Source of the DNA: Podarcis gaigeae
Lineage: Eukaryota
Length of the DNA: 64,000 nucleotides
NCBI GenBank assembly: GCA_964106915.2
Contig: OZ066929.1
Reading direction: 5' to 3' (one strand)
Part shown: positions 13,512 to 27,600 of the stretch, one piece after another
Layout: the number at the start of each line of letters is the position of its first letter
How positions within the stretch are numbered: position 1 is the first letter of the stretch
Made by a program: the position numbers and the translations under genes
The notes under the pieces: generated by a model
Database searches by the model: none
Told to the model about the DNA's origin: nothing
What the model saw: the letters and a program-made list of their open reading frames with translations, nothing else

Positions 13512-16500
13512 TAACGTTTTGTGTACTTAATCGCTTGTAGTATTAAAATCCAAGTGTGTCGTTGGAGAGCACTCTTGAAACTCTTCTTATTTCAGTGGTT
13601 CTTGGGCTCTTATGAACTCTTATGGTTTCTTTCAGAACATAATGTTTCTCTGGAAGTTCTTGACTGTAAGTTGGGCTTGCTATTTTGTGGGATGTCTTGT
13701 TGGTGAAATCGATGGTATAATTTCAAATAATTATTAAGAACTGTAGGTGGAAGTAGAGGAGGTCTGGAGATGCAGTTAATATTCATGACAGATGCATGTA
13801 GCTCACAAGCCTGTTAACGCGCTGGAGAATTTATGTTATATACATGGCTAATGTTTTGCTTTAGCATTCATAGTATTTTACACATAATATCAGCAAGTTT
13901 TGCAAAAACCAAGTAAAGTATGTTGGTATTATCATACGGATAATATTGAGTGAAAAAACAATTATACATACTCCAAAGATACAGGGCTGCTGTTGCCCAT
14001 TAGTCAATGGATCCTGATGATGAGCCCGCAAGGAGGGACTCAGGCAGATGTTAAGACCTGGGCAGATTTGTATGGGTGTAGATGATCCTTCAAATAGCCA
14101 GGTCCCAAACCAGAATAAGAATTGTATTGCTAAGCTTAGCTATCCAACAGATTCCTCAGGGATATTTCACTGCTAATTTTAACAAGCTGGGGAAAAAGGG
14201 GATGGGGGAGAAAAGAGAAGTATTTAGCTTTGCGGTTTGAGATAAGGGTCTATTACAACTTGTTCAACATGGTGGATGAGTGCTCTGGTCTGAGTGGCAT
14301 GGTGGCAAACTATCTCTGTGTGACCAACTCTAAGCTGCTTCCCAACCTTGACATTGCAGCAGCAGGAGGAGACAATCTTCATGGCGTGGAGAAACCCTGG
14401 GCTTTGTTTTGGGCACCGAGTGCTCCAAGTTGCAGGCATGGAGCAAGGGCTTGTTTCCACATTGTTTGAAATCTGTTATTCCCCCAGCTCCAATCATGTA
14501 GCTAAAGAAGCAGGGAGGTGATTGTCCCTTACTTTATGCTTACTTTATGGTTTTAGCTTTAACATTTGCGTCAAGGCCAGGACAAATCATGCTCCTTTAC
14601 CAATATCTGAAAGACATCAGCAGTGTCAAAACTATAGGAGCATCTGGAATTATGTGTGGTTCTGTTCAGGTCAGCATTTTGTTTTTTTGTCAAACTGATA
14701 GGGTTGCATTTCCCCTTGTGTATTTGCTGAGTAGTTTTGCATGTTACGGGTTGTGTAATGAACACTGACTTCAGGAGGCTGGGGGAGTGTTGGTGTGGGT
14801 GGTGTGAGCATTTACTGTACAACATAAACCTGATTCAGTTCAAATATTATTGGCAAACGAGAGCAAACCATAGTAAAGCAAGTTTGCATAGCAAAGGTAA
14901 AATGCAGAAAATATGCACTTCAGCTCTGTGAGACCCATCATCTAATGTAGGTGTCTCAGGGAGGATGTATGTGTCTTGTGTGTCATAATTGGAAGCTTTC
15001 ATTTTATTCTCTCTCCCCCCCCCCCCCCCGTATTTATATGCTGCCTTTCAGGGCAAGTTCCCCATGACATAAGTAAAAAGCATTCCCTCCTCTCCCCTCT
15101 CCTCCCCTTTTGAGGAAGAAGGGCAGCCTTAGATCTGTCTTTAAGAGTTATGGGAGGTACAAGCTTCAAAAGGAGAAGAGGAGTTTGAGGTGTAGGAGCT
15201 GCCTGTCGAGGCAGATTGTGGCTAGAAAGTGTGTGGGAGGAGGAGAGTCTGTATATGTACAAAGCAATTTGGTAGGCCAAGCTGTGTTCTAAAAATTACC
15301 TCCTGACATTAGTGCATCATTAAAAACACCTTCCAGTTCCAAATAGAAAGCTGGTAATTTTCTAGTGGATAACAGTGTGTCAAAACTTTGTGAATTATTT
15401 TTAAGATCTCTATTGAAGTTTTGTGTGTGAGAGGGAGGGAGAGATGATAGGTTAAACTCTGGATTCTAGACAGTAAAGTCAGCACTTAACTATTGCCATG
15501 GTGAAAGTTACACTTCTCATTTGTCTACTGCCCCAGAATTCACTGTTCAAAAAGCATCCGCTACTGTGGTTAAAACGGAAAACAGACTTGGGTGCTCTGC
15601 ATGCTCCTATGCATGCAAGTTAATCATGTGTGTTTTTCCTAGACTCGTAGCTCTTTCTGTTAACTTGCTGTGATAATATTCATGTCAAGACATTCAGTGG
15701 TAATGGCAGTTGACTTGTGCTGAAATTTGATATCTTACGCATGTGCAACAGTGTGTTGCTTAGAGGCCTTTAGAGATGTCATACAAAACAACTCCAATTT
15801 ACACATCTATTTAAAGTTCACATCATTATGAGCCATAGCTTTTATCTATTATGTAGGCATGTCACACTGAGCTAGATGCTGTGGTCTTGGTTTCATTGAG
15901 TTTTTTACCACCTTGAACAGCACTGAGCAGATACAGTGGGAGGGCAGTGGGAGGAATCCTTTGTTGTTGCTGTATTTGTGCGATCAAATTAATACTGTGC
16001 GACATTCACCATGTCTGTATTCTTAAGTGGTATCCTGCAACCTCAAAGCTCCCACTTCCTTACTAAGCCAAAGACTGAGAAGTGAATGGAGGGGGGCATC
16101 TAGTGTGTGGGGGATATCAGTAGCCCAAGGTTGACCCGGGTGTGTATGGAGCTGCCAGTTTCAGCCACAGATTATCTTCTGGAATACATTTGGATTTGTT
16201 ATATTTCATGGAAGCAGTCATATTTCAGTACTGCTTGCCTCAAAAGATGTGCTGTACATTTTAGTCCACCGTCAGCTCCAGAGAAATTGAGGTACAAAAA
16301 TTCATATATAATTATCTGACTGACTGACAAAGATGAAGTCAAGGACAACATATGTGGTTTAAGTTCTGTAGCATGTTATAATATCCCTGAATTCTTAAAT
16401 CAACCCTTCCCCCTTTATGGGAATTGTATGTCCTGTCCTATATAGAGAGGTTGCAGTAAAATTCTAATAGCAGCCAAGGTGTTGAGCTTGGAACATTTGT

Positions 16501-18004
16501 TGTCTCTCCTTGCAGCCAGACTTGTGGGGTTGCTGTCTCAGCAAGATTTTGTGTTCGTCATCAGCTCTAGGGCATAGAGGAACAAATCCATACAGGAAAA
16601 AGCTGCAGATACTTAATATCTCTTCTGTGTATAAATTGTGCGCAGCCTTACCCAGGAAGGAAACTGATACTACTAAGAGGTTTGTTTTTTGAAATGTTGA
16701 TTTTGAAATCAAACTGGCTATAGTTATAAACTGCTTAGAAAGCACTAAAGCCCCCAAAGTACTAAAACAAATTCTGTACTGATAATTTTGTCTCTTAAAG
16801 TGAGAAGCTGTGTTAGGAAAACACTAGAACGCATTGTTGAGGCAGCCTATCAAAGCCTGTTGTGAAAGAGTCCCCTGTCACTTCCTTCGAATGAAACTTG
16901 CACTTCAGCATGTGGAAAACTTGTGAAGCCTACTTCTGCATTTCAATTAGAGTATCTTAGAGAAAATTCAAAAGCTGCCTATAAAAAAAAAAGAGTCTTG
17001 ACTGCCAGGTTGCTACATAAGAACGTGAACTGCTTGCTGCCTAAAGAGACCCCCATTGCCATGAAGAAAATGTGCTTAGATGTTGATCTTTAATTAGGTC
17101 CACTGGGATGGGCAAACACACCCAGGTTCCTGTAACAAATCCTGGGACCCCAAGCTTTCATTTTGAAACTTCTGAGTCCTAATGGTTTCATGGAAAGTTT
17201 GAAAATGTGGTAAGATAGCAATGCATGCAAGTAAAAAGGATCTCAAATTCAGCTCACCACAATTTCCAATAGTCATTAAAGGGATTATTCAAAGTATGCA
17301 TTTCTGAGGGTAACAACTTCTAGTCCATGGTACAGTCCTTGGTGCTGAACATCTCTACCTTCATCTACATTAGTGCTAGTGGTGGAAGCCACTTTCCCCT
17401 TTCCATTTTTTCCCATAGGAATCCCATATCAAGGTAATTCTAATGTTGATATATATATGGTAACAAATGTGAATATACTGATCCCAATCCAGAAGCTGCT
17501 TTTCCCTGCATAACTAGGTTTGGATATGTGAGAATTTGAATACAAGAGTCTCAAATTCTGGTTTGCATCTGTTATCAGAACCTCATCTCAATGAATTAAC
17601 AATTTCAGGTTTTGCAGTGCTGTTTATTTTGATGTTTCCTCATTAAAATATTCTCCTCAGAAATCTCATTTTAGCACTTAATGCTTCATGCATTTCCAAA
17701 CAATTTCAAATGATTAGAAAACCCATAATCTTGTTTTGCTTTGCTGGAAGTATAATTTAATATAGATTGTAGCCTTTTGTATTAAATCTTGGTGTCTGAT
17801 AGAAAGGCACTAAGGAGATGTGGCGTTGAAAGATTGCACAATTGCTTTATGTCAGACCAGTGAACTTGAAACAGGATCCAAATGTAACTAGGCAAATTCC
17901 AGCATGCTTTGTGTGTTAAATAGCTGCAGCTGTCTTCTAATTACAGAACTCATAATCAGTTATACAACTAATATGATTATGATGATTAATCATTAATTGA
18001 CATT

Positions 18005-18178
18005 AGTGACCAGGAAACTGAGCGATAGATCAGGAAAGGTCCTGGTTTGAATGTAGTTTCTGCCATGAACTGATGTAACGGCCTTTGGGCCAGCCACTCT
18101 CTCTCAGCCTTGCTCCTCCCCATTTGTAACGTAGGGGATAATAATATTGATTAACTTTACTAAGTTGTTGTAAGGACT
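18005..18178 (+). mobile_element. CORE/MIR-like SINE remnant
   Basis: cctggtttgaat B-box remnant followed by ctcagcc...ccccatttgtaacgtaggggataataata CORE-like segment. Confidence 0.55.
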
Positions 18179-19774
18179 CTATTACTGCAATACGTTGTAT
18201 GTGGGCTTGCCTTTAAAAACGGTCTGGAAACTACAGTAGATCCAAAACAGGGCCACAAGATTAATAATTGGGGTGGGTGTTTCAACCAAATTATGCAAGT
18301 GCTTTGTCTTCTGTGCTGGCTCCCATTTTGGCACTTAGTTTTAAAACTCTAGTCTTAATCTTTCAAGTGCTTAACACACAGGTGAGGAAACTTTGACCCT
18401 CTAGGTGTTGTTGGACTACAACTCCCATCATCCCTGGCCATGGAACTTGTGGGAGTTGGAGTCAAGCAACATCAGGAGGGTTAATGGTTCCCTACCTCTG
18501 TCTTAATGGCTTGAGACCAGGTTACATAAAAAAGATACTCTTTCCTTTCTAACTGAACTTTAAGGTCCCATTTAGAGGACCTGCTCCTGGTGCCCCACCC
18601 AGGGAAATGAAGTGAATGTCTACTAGGAATAGTTTTTGGTAGTGGGATCTTAGCTTTGGAATAGCTGCTCCAAAGAGGCTTACCTAGTACCTTTCTATGT
18701 TTTTTCTAGTGCCAGCTTCTTATTTCTTAAAAATTAGAAAAATAAAATAAAATATTTGCAGTTGAACCACTGAAGGGATCCACAAAGACTTTTAAGGTAA
18801 AAATGTTAGAGGCTGTGTCCAGCTCAACTGTTGATTTTTTCTGATAGTGGGTTTACAGCATCTAATTATGTTGACTTCCTGTTTCATGCTGGTTCCTTGG
18901 CGAATCAGTCCGCAGAATCAATGCAATGCTAGCTGACTGGCTGCAGACTGGCATGATGGACATGTAATTTGATGGCTCTAAAATCTGTCTGGATGAGTCT
19001 CCTACTAAGCAAAAGACAGTGGGCACTTCATTTTGTATATCAGTTTGCCCTGCAGTTCTCTGGAAGGTGACTTATGCTTCTATCAGTGAGAGTGAAGTGG
19101 AATTTCAATCGCTTCCTGTGTTGAAAGTTTACTTGAAAGTAGTTCCGTTGTATATCTATTTTTAAAAACTGATTACTCTGTGAAAGGCTCTGAAGCTGCA
19201 CAAATCTTATAAATGTTGACATAGGATGTTTAAGCATGACTATTCAGCACTTCTTTGCAAGGGTCAGAGTAAAAACTGATAGCAGCAGGGCAGTTGTTGC
19301 TTACATGGAATATCGTCCTGTTACAGGGACTCGGTGTAATCATTCATCGGCCTCAATGGGGTCTGACATGTTAGATCAGAGGTGGAAAACACATGGCCTA
19401 CATGCAGCATTTGGGCTCTTTCGTGAGGCCAGAGATATTCTTTTAGTGCTTCCCCCCGCCTCAAAGCTCCGTACATTTGTTTGAACATGAGCTTTAATGA
19501 CTTTAGAGAGAACAAAATGGCAAAGACACAGTTGCAGCAGTGGCTCAGGATAACAAGAAAATAAGAAGCTCCAACTAATTGCTTTTCATTTACATTTTTG
19601 TAAGTTAGGTCTGTAACTTAACCCTTCCCACTTAGGGTTGGTATCCGAAGCACTGCCATGCCACCTCTTCCCCTCAAAGGAGAATAAAATGTATGAGCTT
19701 GTAACAAGGGACGTGGTTGCTACAGAATGTTTGGCCTAAGCCCTTCAGGGCTTTATGGGTTAGTACAAGAATCT

Positions 19775-19857
19775 TAAAATGCTGTTTTTAATATTCGGTT
19801 GGGAGCTGCCCAGAGTGGCTGGGGAAACCCAGCCAGATGGGCGGGAGATAAATAATA

Positions 19858-19900
<43 letters not shown>
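19775..19900 (+). mobile_element. LINE 3' end with (ATT)14 tail
   Basis: cagagtggctggggaaacccagccagatgggcggg plus microsatellite tail; reverse copy near 43680. Confidence 0.6.
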
Positions 19901-19902
<2 letters not shown>

Positions 19903-20139
19903 ATATGCCCAGAGAAAAGAGAGTGAATAGAGACATCAGAGCAGTGTGCTTTGGTGGTGGTCCATTTCTTTGGGGAGATGGGTTGCTGCCTTCTGTACCA
20001 GAAGAAGCATGTGAAGCTTTTTCCAGAGCAGCCCCATATAGAGTGCATTTCCTGCACAACCCCCCATGTGCATGTGCATGCAGTCACTTTTGGCTCTGAG
20101 TTTTGATACTCATCTGCTCCTGTGTTAGAGTAGAATCAG

Positions 20140-20385
20140 TACAGTGATACTTCGGTTTTCGAACGTCTCCATTGACGAACATTATGGTTTTCAAACGCCG
20201 TAAACCCAGAAGTAAATGCTTCGGTTTTCAAATACACCTTGGAAGTCGAACATGCTATGCATCTTCCACTGAGTGCAAGATCCTGAGGCCTAGCTGTCAG
20301 CCATTGAGTTTTCAGTTTTCGAACGTTTCAGAACTCAAACGGTCTTCCGGAATGGATTACGTTCGAAAACCGAGGTATCACTGTA
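20140..20385. mobile_element. Tc1/mariner MITE (different internal sequence)
   Basis: TA|CAGTGATACTTCGGTTTTCGAACG ... CGTTCGAAAACCGAGGTATCACTG|TA; ~24-bp TIR. Confidence 0.85.
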
Positions 20386-21168
20386 CTCAGAAATTACTGT
20401 AACCTTGTAGTGCAAAAACAAGCAAACACAACACCCACTAAAGGTCTGGGGACTAAGGGCATCTCTGAAGTGAAATACTAGCCTTGTTTTACAGAACAGC
20501 TGAAACTAAGCCTATTCTGTTTCTTGATGAGTGTGTGGCATTTGTTAGGGAAGTCTCCAGTGAACATTTGGGAGCAAAGCTCGCTGAATTGACTCTTGAA
20601 ATGCTTCTTTGTCATGAGACCTAATATCCATATAATCTAATTTTTCTGCATAGACGAGTTTTCTTTCCAAAGGCAGACCTAAACCTTTGGACCATGTTTA
20701 CTGTACCAGTCTGTCTTTAAGCTACTGATGCAGTGAGAGTAAGCACATGACATTGTGAGGAAACATCACATGTTAGCACTATTTACAGCACCCAGAGAAG
20801 TATAAGGGTGCTTTCTGAGTGTAACTGTTCTTACCTTGAGGTGCATGCTTCTCTTTATCCAAAGTTATAAATATGTAGCATTATTTGTGCATTGTGTTTT
20901 TTTAAGTGCTTGAGAATGCAATATTTGGCTTCCATTTCTTCTCCCTGCAACTAAAGGAGTGTTTTTTGTTGTTGGTGTTAGATTCAGCCAGAAGTTGTTA
21001 TGATGGGAAAAACACAGAGGTGGGAATTGGGAGGACTATGATAGTTAACTTGACTGATTCTGGACAACCAATCTGCAGTTCTGGACTCCTCATTTCTATA
21101 CAGCTATGGCTATACTGCCTTAGTATAATTATCAACCTCTTTGCTTTCATTGATTCTAGTAGGCCTGA

Positions 21169-21695
21169 GATGTGCACTTTGAGAGACTCCAAGCCTTCCT
21201 AGTAAGATGTAAAAATATGTTATTGCCCTCTTTTGGGAAAAGTTGGTTTTAGCAAAGTGGGCTGCCAGAAAGGGGGGAGGAGAGTCCAACCACCAACATT
21301 GAGAGTCCAACCAAACTAGCTCCCCCAGCCCCCCACCATTGCAGCCAGTCAGGCCTTCCCCATGAAGTTTTATAGCAGCCCTCCAGTTCCTCGTGCCTCA
21401 GAGAAGGTGTCTGGGTTGCTGCTTGCTTCTTGCCCCATCCTTGATGAAAGCCTGGCTGGCCACAGCAGAAGAGCAGGCTGTGCTCAGCTTGAGATGGTGT
21501 CCATTGCTAGATTTTCATCCCGTCTTGCTGCTGACCTCCTTCCCTAAAACCAACATTTTCCAAATGGGGAGAGAACAAATTTTACATCTTGCTAGTAAGG
21601 CTCAGGGTGTCTCAGAGTGCACATCAGAATCTTTCTAGTAAGATGTAAAATACGTTTTCTTCCTCAGTTGGAACAAGTTGGTTTTAACTTGCAAA
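21169..21695. repeat. Old foldback element with ~90-bp imperfect inverted arms plus a partial third arm
   Basis: 21169-21257 is an imperfect reverse complement of 21539-21625; ctagtaagatgtaaaa recurs at 21635. Confidence 0.65.
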
Positions 21696-24600
21696 AATCT
21701 TGTATCTTCCCTTCATCAACCTGTGAAGAAAGCTTCCCTGATACAGAACATCTGAGTTACTTAAGAAAAGCAATATGCTTGTTAAAAGTTAATACAGTAA
21801 CAGAGCAGGTCTCTAATGAGAATATGTATCTTCTAAGGGAGAAACATTCTGATTTTTCCACCATCAATTTTAATGTTAGACATTTTGAATAAACAGTGCT
21901 TGAAGAGAACAACTTGCTTGCACAAGGTGTCCCTAGGTACATTTTTAGTTTTCCTCACAAAATGTAAATAAGGAAGCAGGGTTGTTATTTTTATAGGGGA
22001 TATTTGTATTTCCAAGAGTCTCGTGCCTTTAAATCTATTTATAAAATTAGTGTTTGTAGAAAATTAGGCATTCCCAGTATTTCTTCTTACTATGTGTGCA
22101 TAGAGGAAATGGATGGTGTACTTTTTGTAACCTTTCTGCAGACTTGTCAGTTGTAGGATCAATATGTCTCCAAACTGTTTTTCTGCTTAATTACATTACC
22201 ATTCACATTTTTGGCTAGAATTTTCTAATTATAAGAAATTGTAAGTACATTATTTTAGGGCCAAGACTAGAACAGTAATTACATGCTTAATTCTAATGTT
22301 AGTTTGAAAATTGCTATGTGTAAAATGAGCTCCCTGCTGGAGCTTCTGCTAAATGTGCAAAGTGTATTAACTCTTCTCTGCATGCTTAAAGCAACACTGT
22401 AGGATTCTGAGCATCATAAATCTAATTAATTATAGAAACCTGTATCAGGAAGTGATGCATAGACAATAAAGAACCTTATTTTGGACTCTCTAATTATCTG
22501 TGTAGTATGTAGCTTATTTTTACATTGGAATTTATATACTTCCTGCCTAAAATAGCTATATGCCCAGAAGGGGTGGATTTTGTAGGTTGAATAAATTATG
22601 CAAATTATGCAAATTTTCACTTTTCATTTGCATACTTTTACTTCTGCCATAGAAATGGAGTATGATATGCAGGTCATTAAAGCACAAGTTACTGATCACA
22701 AGGGATGGATGAATCTGTCAGTTTTGGTTTCTCTCAGTTCCTCATTTTCCCAACCTTCAGTTTGCTCCATTTCCTCATCAATTTGCAACTTTTAAAAGTT
22801 GCACAAAATTCATATGTGCATATCTCCTAATATATGAATTTTTGGATACAGTTTTGCCAAGCATACACATTTCTGTTAGCATCTCCTCTGATGTAGTACA
22901 GTTTTTCCCATTGTTTTCACTGATAGGGAATTAAATGCATTCTCATTGGCTGGAGAATTAAATCACAAAATTCTAAGAAGTGCAAATTTCGAAGAATCCT
23001 CTGTGTTTTGGTTTGGGAAGGGTGAATTGATGATACTATGTTGGTATGAAAATGAAAACGGAATCAAGTTTTCTCCCATCTCAAATGGTCACTGGGAGTT
23101 TCCCAGTACTCCTGTGCTTCTAAGCCTGTTCGTATCCTTCCCCCAAAAAATGAAACCCGAGATTCAAAGAATGCTGAATCCTGTTCCCAGTGCTAAATTC
23201 CACATTTACCCTCTGCTTGCTTTTACTGTAGTTGTTGGGTTGGTGCTTAATTTTGTTTAAGGTATCAAAAGTCAGTCTTGTGCTAATGGGTAGCAGCATA
23301 AGCCAGACTTTCTAGTGAATATGAATTATACTAGTTTTGTTGGTTTGCTCTTAGTTCTGAGAGTAAGATGAAATTATTTTAGGAACCCCAGTAGGGGTTT
23401 TGCCAAGTACAGCAGGTACTGGTTGGGCATGTGGAATTGTCTGATTATCTTACTGGTGCAAAGAAAGTCATAAGGGGTTAAAACGTGGTTTGCTGTCTTC
23501 TGCAAGACAAACGCTTACTGTGGAAGAATGCTTTTATCCAGCAAACAGGAAACAGGAAAGGAACAGCCTACTGCAGGTCAGAGGGGAGCAGGTTCAGAAA
23601 GCTGAACTGGGGGAAGTGGGGGCCCATTGAGAGGCTGCTGTGAAGGTTTCGGCAGGACTGGAAGTACTTGGTTGACCTGTTGACTTCCTGCAAGACATAT
23701 GGAGCCAAAACAGCAATGAAGGGGGGAAGGAAGTAGTACAACCACAGCACAGGGGAGGGAGAGAGCCGAGGACAATATCCGTTCAGTGTCTTCAAAATTG
23801 GATCTTGCATGGCTTGTCTAATTTTTAAATCTGTTATCTGATTGAACTACTTTCACTACAAGAGGTTGTGGATGCTTATGTTTTGTAAAACTGGAGGCTG
23901 TAAAGCTGGAGTGGAAAGGTGATCCCATCTCCAGTTTCTTAAGTTCTGAGAAACTCACTTAATAGTAGGATTGAATTAAAAGGACTTGTCCCATCGCTAA
24001 GCAATTAATTTTTCAACAACTATATCAGTGTTCAAAGTGATTGCCTGTTCAGGAAACATTGGTCTTGCTCTCAATTCTTTATTTGCTTTTAGCAAGGTTA
24101 TCACTTAGCCAAATCTGATTGGCTGCATAGTGACATGACACGATCCCTGATTGGCTGGATTTGCCCGTGTGACTGATCCCAGAAGAGGATGTAGTAAGAA
24201 GAAAATGGAGAATTGTTAAGCAGAAAGCAGATGGGAGAAATAATATTGGTGCACAGGTTTGTAAAAAGGGAAACTAACTTACAATTAACACTTCTTTCAG
24301 GAAGGACTTCTGTCCCCTGAAAGCACTGCTTTTAACCTGACAATGGAAATGAAACAGGAAAACATTTAACACAGCCCTGTGTTACAGTAGACTTAAATAC
24401 AGAGGCTCTTGTTAAATGCTGGTAAACAACAATATATGCCAAAGAACGGCTGTTTCTTGGCTACAGCTGTGGCCACAACATCCAACACACCATTAATTCT
24501 AGACAAATGTTTCTTAGTGGAATATGCATAATGACGCCTGGCATGTGCTGAGTGCTTCTTCCATATGCTGTTGCATCTGATGCCTTTGCAAGCAGGATTT

Positions 24601-27600
24601 TCCTTAAAAACATCTTTACAAATTAAATGCTGCCACAAACTTGTTGCTGCTGCTCTCATTATGGTGGCTGATGCCAGATCAGTTGTTCTTTCTTTTCTTT
24701 TCCAGAAACTAAAGTAACAATTTTAAGTCAGACCCTCTGATTAATCAGGCCACATTTGGTATTGTTTCAAAGTGAGGAAATTCCATTAGAGTGTTGTTGG
24801 TGGTGGTAGAAGTAGTAACAACTTTCAGGATAGAAGTGTAGCATATGAACCTAAACAGTAAAATGCATTATTAAACATAAAGTAAGAGCAAGTTTAGTAA
24901 ATAATAACTAGTAACTAGTAAGCAGGCACATTTGTAAAGCTTCATTCATGGGATGGTGTCTAACTAAAGTGGCAGGTGTGAGTCACTTGGGAGAGCTGGG
25001 GACTTCTGCTTTCAGCGGTCTTCCACACATTGTGCCAGATCTACCCAAAATTGCAAGATAAGACTTGAGTTACCAGATGCTCCTAGTGTTTACTAGCAAG
25101 TCTGTGTTCCCACCACCATGCTACCATTTTGGATGACTGTTGCTTGATCTCCTCTAAGTGAAACAGAAGTGGTTTTAATGGGTGCTTTTCAGGAGCAGGT
25201 GCTGGCCTGAAGTTTCTGTGTCCTTCCTGTGTATCACCTGATGGCCTGAAGGAGAATAAATGGTGTTTACCTTGTTAACCAACTTTCATGTGTAAAATTA
25301 AACGATGTGGGTTTTTGTTTTCTTTCAAGCGTGCTATATTCCCAGTTAAGCCACAGCTCTCGTTCATTGCCAGGTGGATTCTGGATCTCAAGCCCTGAAT
25401 GGTTCCCTTTACAAATGTGTTCATGCCCTGCCTGCCAACCACAGGCACATAAAATAGTCATTCAGGGTTTTAGCTTTCCCTCAGGCTTGTGAACGTTGTA
25501 ATTTTATGTCCTCGTTTATACTTGCAAATAGACTTTAAATTTATGCTGCTTAAGCACCTGAGAACAGCTGTTAAAAAGTTAGCTCGGCTAATTGTGTTGC
25601 TCAGTTATAACTTCAGTTTCCTGGAAAAACATTTTCCATCGGCAAAGTCCAGTGAGGCAAGAGATCACGTTTCCTATTCAGACTTTAAAGAAGCTGCCAG
25701 TGAGTTGGATATCTACAACTTTGCAAAGCTGTTGTGTCTGAGTATTTAAAATTAAGTTGTGGCGCTCCTATAGCATCTTGTTAGTTTATTACCTTGAGCC
25801 CACCTATGCAGTGCTCTTTCCTAATCCTAATGCAAGGCAGTATTAGCTGAGATGCTGAATAATCTTTGTGTCTGTGGGTTCTTTGAGACATGTGATCCTT
25901 TGAGTATTTTAAACAGCCATCCTCAAAAGTATCTACGCAGGAGAGTTCAAGCGCTAGTGCTAAAATCATGCTTACCTCCTTTTCATTTTTAAATGAGAGC
26001 TGTTCTAGCTATTCTAATGGGGAGCATGTTCAACACAGACACAATAGTTGACTTGTCCTTGAGTGCACATTCTCACTTGAGCAAGATATGGAGGAGAGGG
26101 GGGCCTGTCATTTTCCCTGTAATGACTCAAATGAGTGTCATTCTAAAGGAAGCTAAAAAGATGCTAAAAATAGGAGGGTGGCTGTCCCATTCACTCCAGT
26201 ATTGTATTCTTGGCCCAAGAAATGGATGGGCAGACATAGTGCACACAGCTGCCATGTTAGAGCAGATTTTGATGTGGTGAGGATTAGTGCATTGATCCAG
26301 TCAAGATGTGCACAAGAGAGGCCTGAGTTCCAGTGGTTCATGAACCCTTAGAAAAGGTTTCCTCCTCACTTAATTCCACGCTTGAACCATGGGTCTTGAC
26401 TCTGTTGTCACAAGCTTCAGTTCATCTGGAAAATCTGCCAGTGTACCTGTCTCAAGAATTCCAGCACAGCCCAATCTTAAAAATCTGGATTTGACTAGTT
26501 TTTGTAAGGAAAGAAATCAGTGGGGAGCTGCCTGATGCTGCAAATGGTTGGCTTTTGTACTATTTTTAAGTGATTGCTCTTGTCTCCTTGTTTTGTTAGC
26601 CACCTGGGTGTCTCTTTATTTAAGGTGTAATGCCAACATAAAAATGTTTAGGGCAGCATAAATTAAAGGTGAATAGTTGAGAATGAAGTACTCGTTTGTA
26701 CTTTTGTTAAGAAATTGGGCTTGGCTTCATTAACTTCTTCTAGCATGCTCAATAGATTATCTGAACATTGCTAACATAATCAACGCATACTACCAGGATC
26801 TGCCAAGATGAACAAGTTTGGAATAGGCAGACCTCAGTCTGGGCTTAGCTGGTGCTACACTGGTGTAACTCCCTCAACCTGGCGCCGCAGTGCATATTCC
26901 AGCAAAATTCCCTCAGCCTGACTGAGACAGGGCTATGCTGGCTCAGCCAGTGGAACTTAAGTTAGCAGAGTTTATACTGGTGTTAAGTCCCTCAAAAGGG
27001 GCTTTCCTGCGGTGTGGCAGGGAAGGAGAGAGTTGCACCTATTCCAAACTTTTTTCAGCTCAGTTACGTAATGTGGCAACCTGGTAGAACCTATGCTGGC
27101 AAAAAGAGTGTTGTAAGCGAAACTTTATTTTAAGGGCCTGTTTCCTCTTTTCTTGGTTTGGGCCATCTCAGCCAACAGCCAGGAGCCTCCTGAACAGAAT
27201 TTGGAATAGGCTTAATTTATGCCAGCTTCCTATATTTAGGATTGCTTTGTAAGGTCGCTTATGGTTGCTCTTGTTTTGTAACATTCACAAACACCTTCTT
27301 GTTTGGAGGAAGTGAGTAGTGATCGGCATTTTTAAAAATTGCAGATTTAGAGAGTGGGAACTCTCTCTTGCAAAGCTGCACATCTGGAAAATAGTCATAA
27401 ACAGCATCAGTTTTTGTGTGTGTAATCCTTGAAAGAACGTAGTAGGTGTTTTAAAAACAACCACCACCAAAAAAGTATTAGGTGAATAATGACAACGGGT
27501 GCAAATTTAGGAGTTACACAGTACATGTTTGAGCCCTGCCCCCCCCCCCCCTTATAAAAGAAGTATATACATTCCTAGCAGCCCATGTAGCACTAATCGG

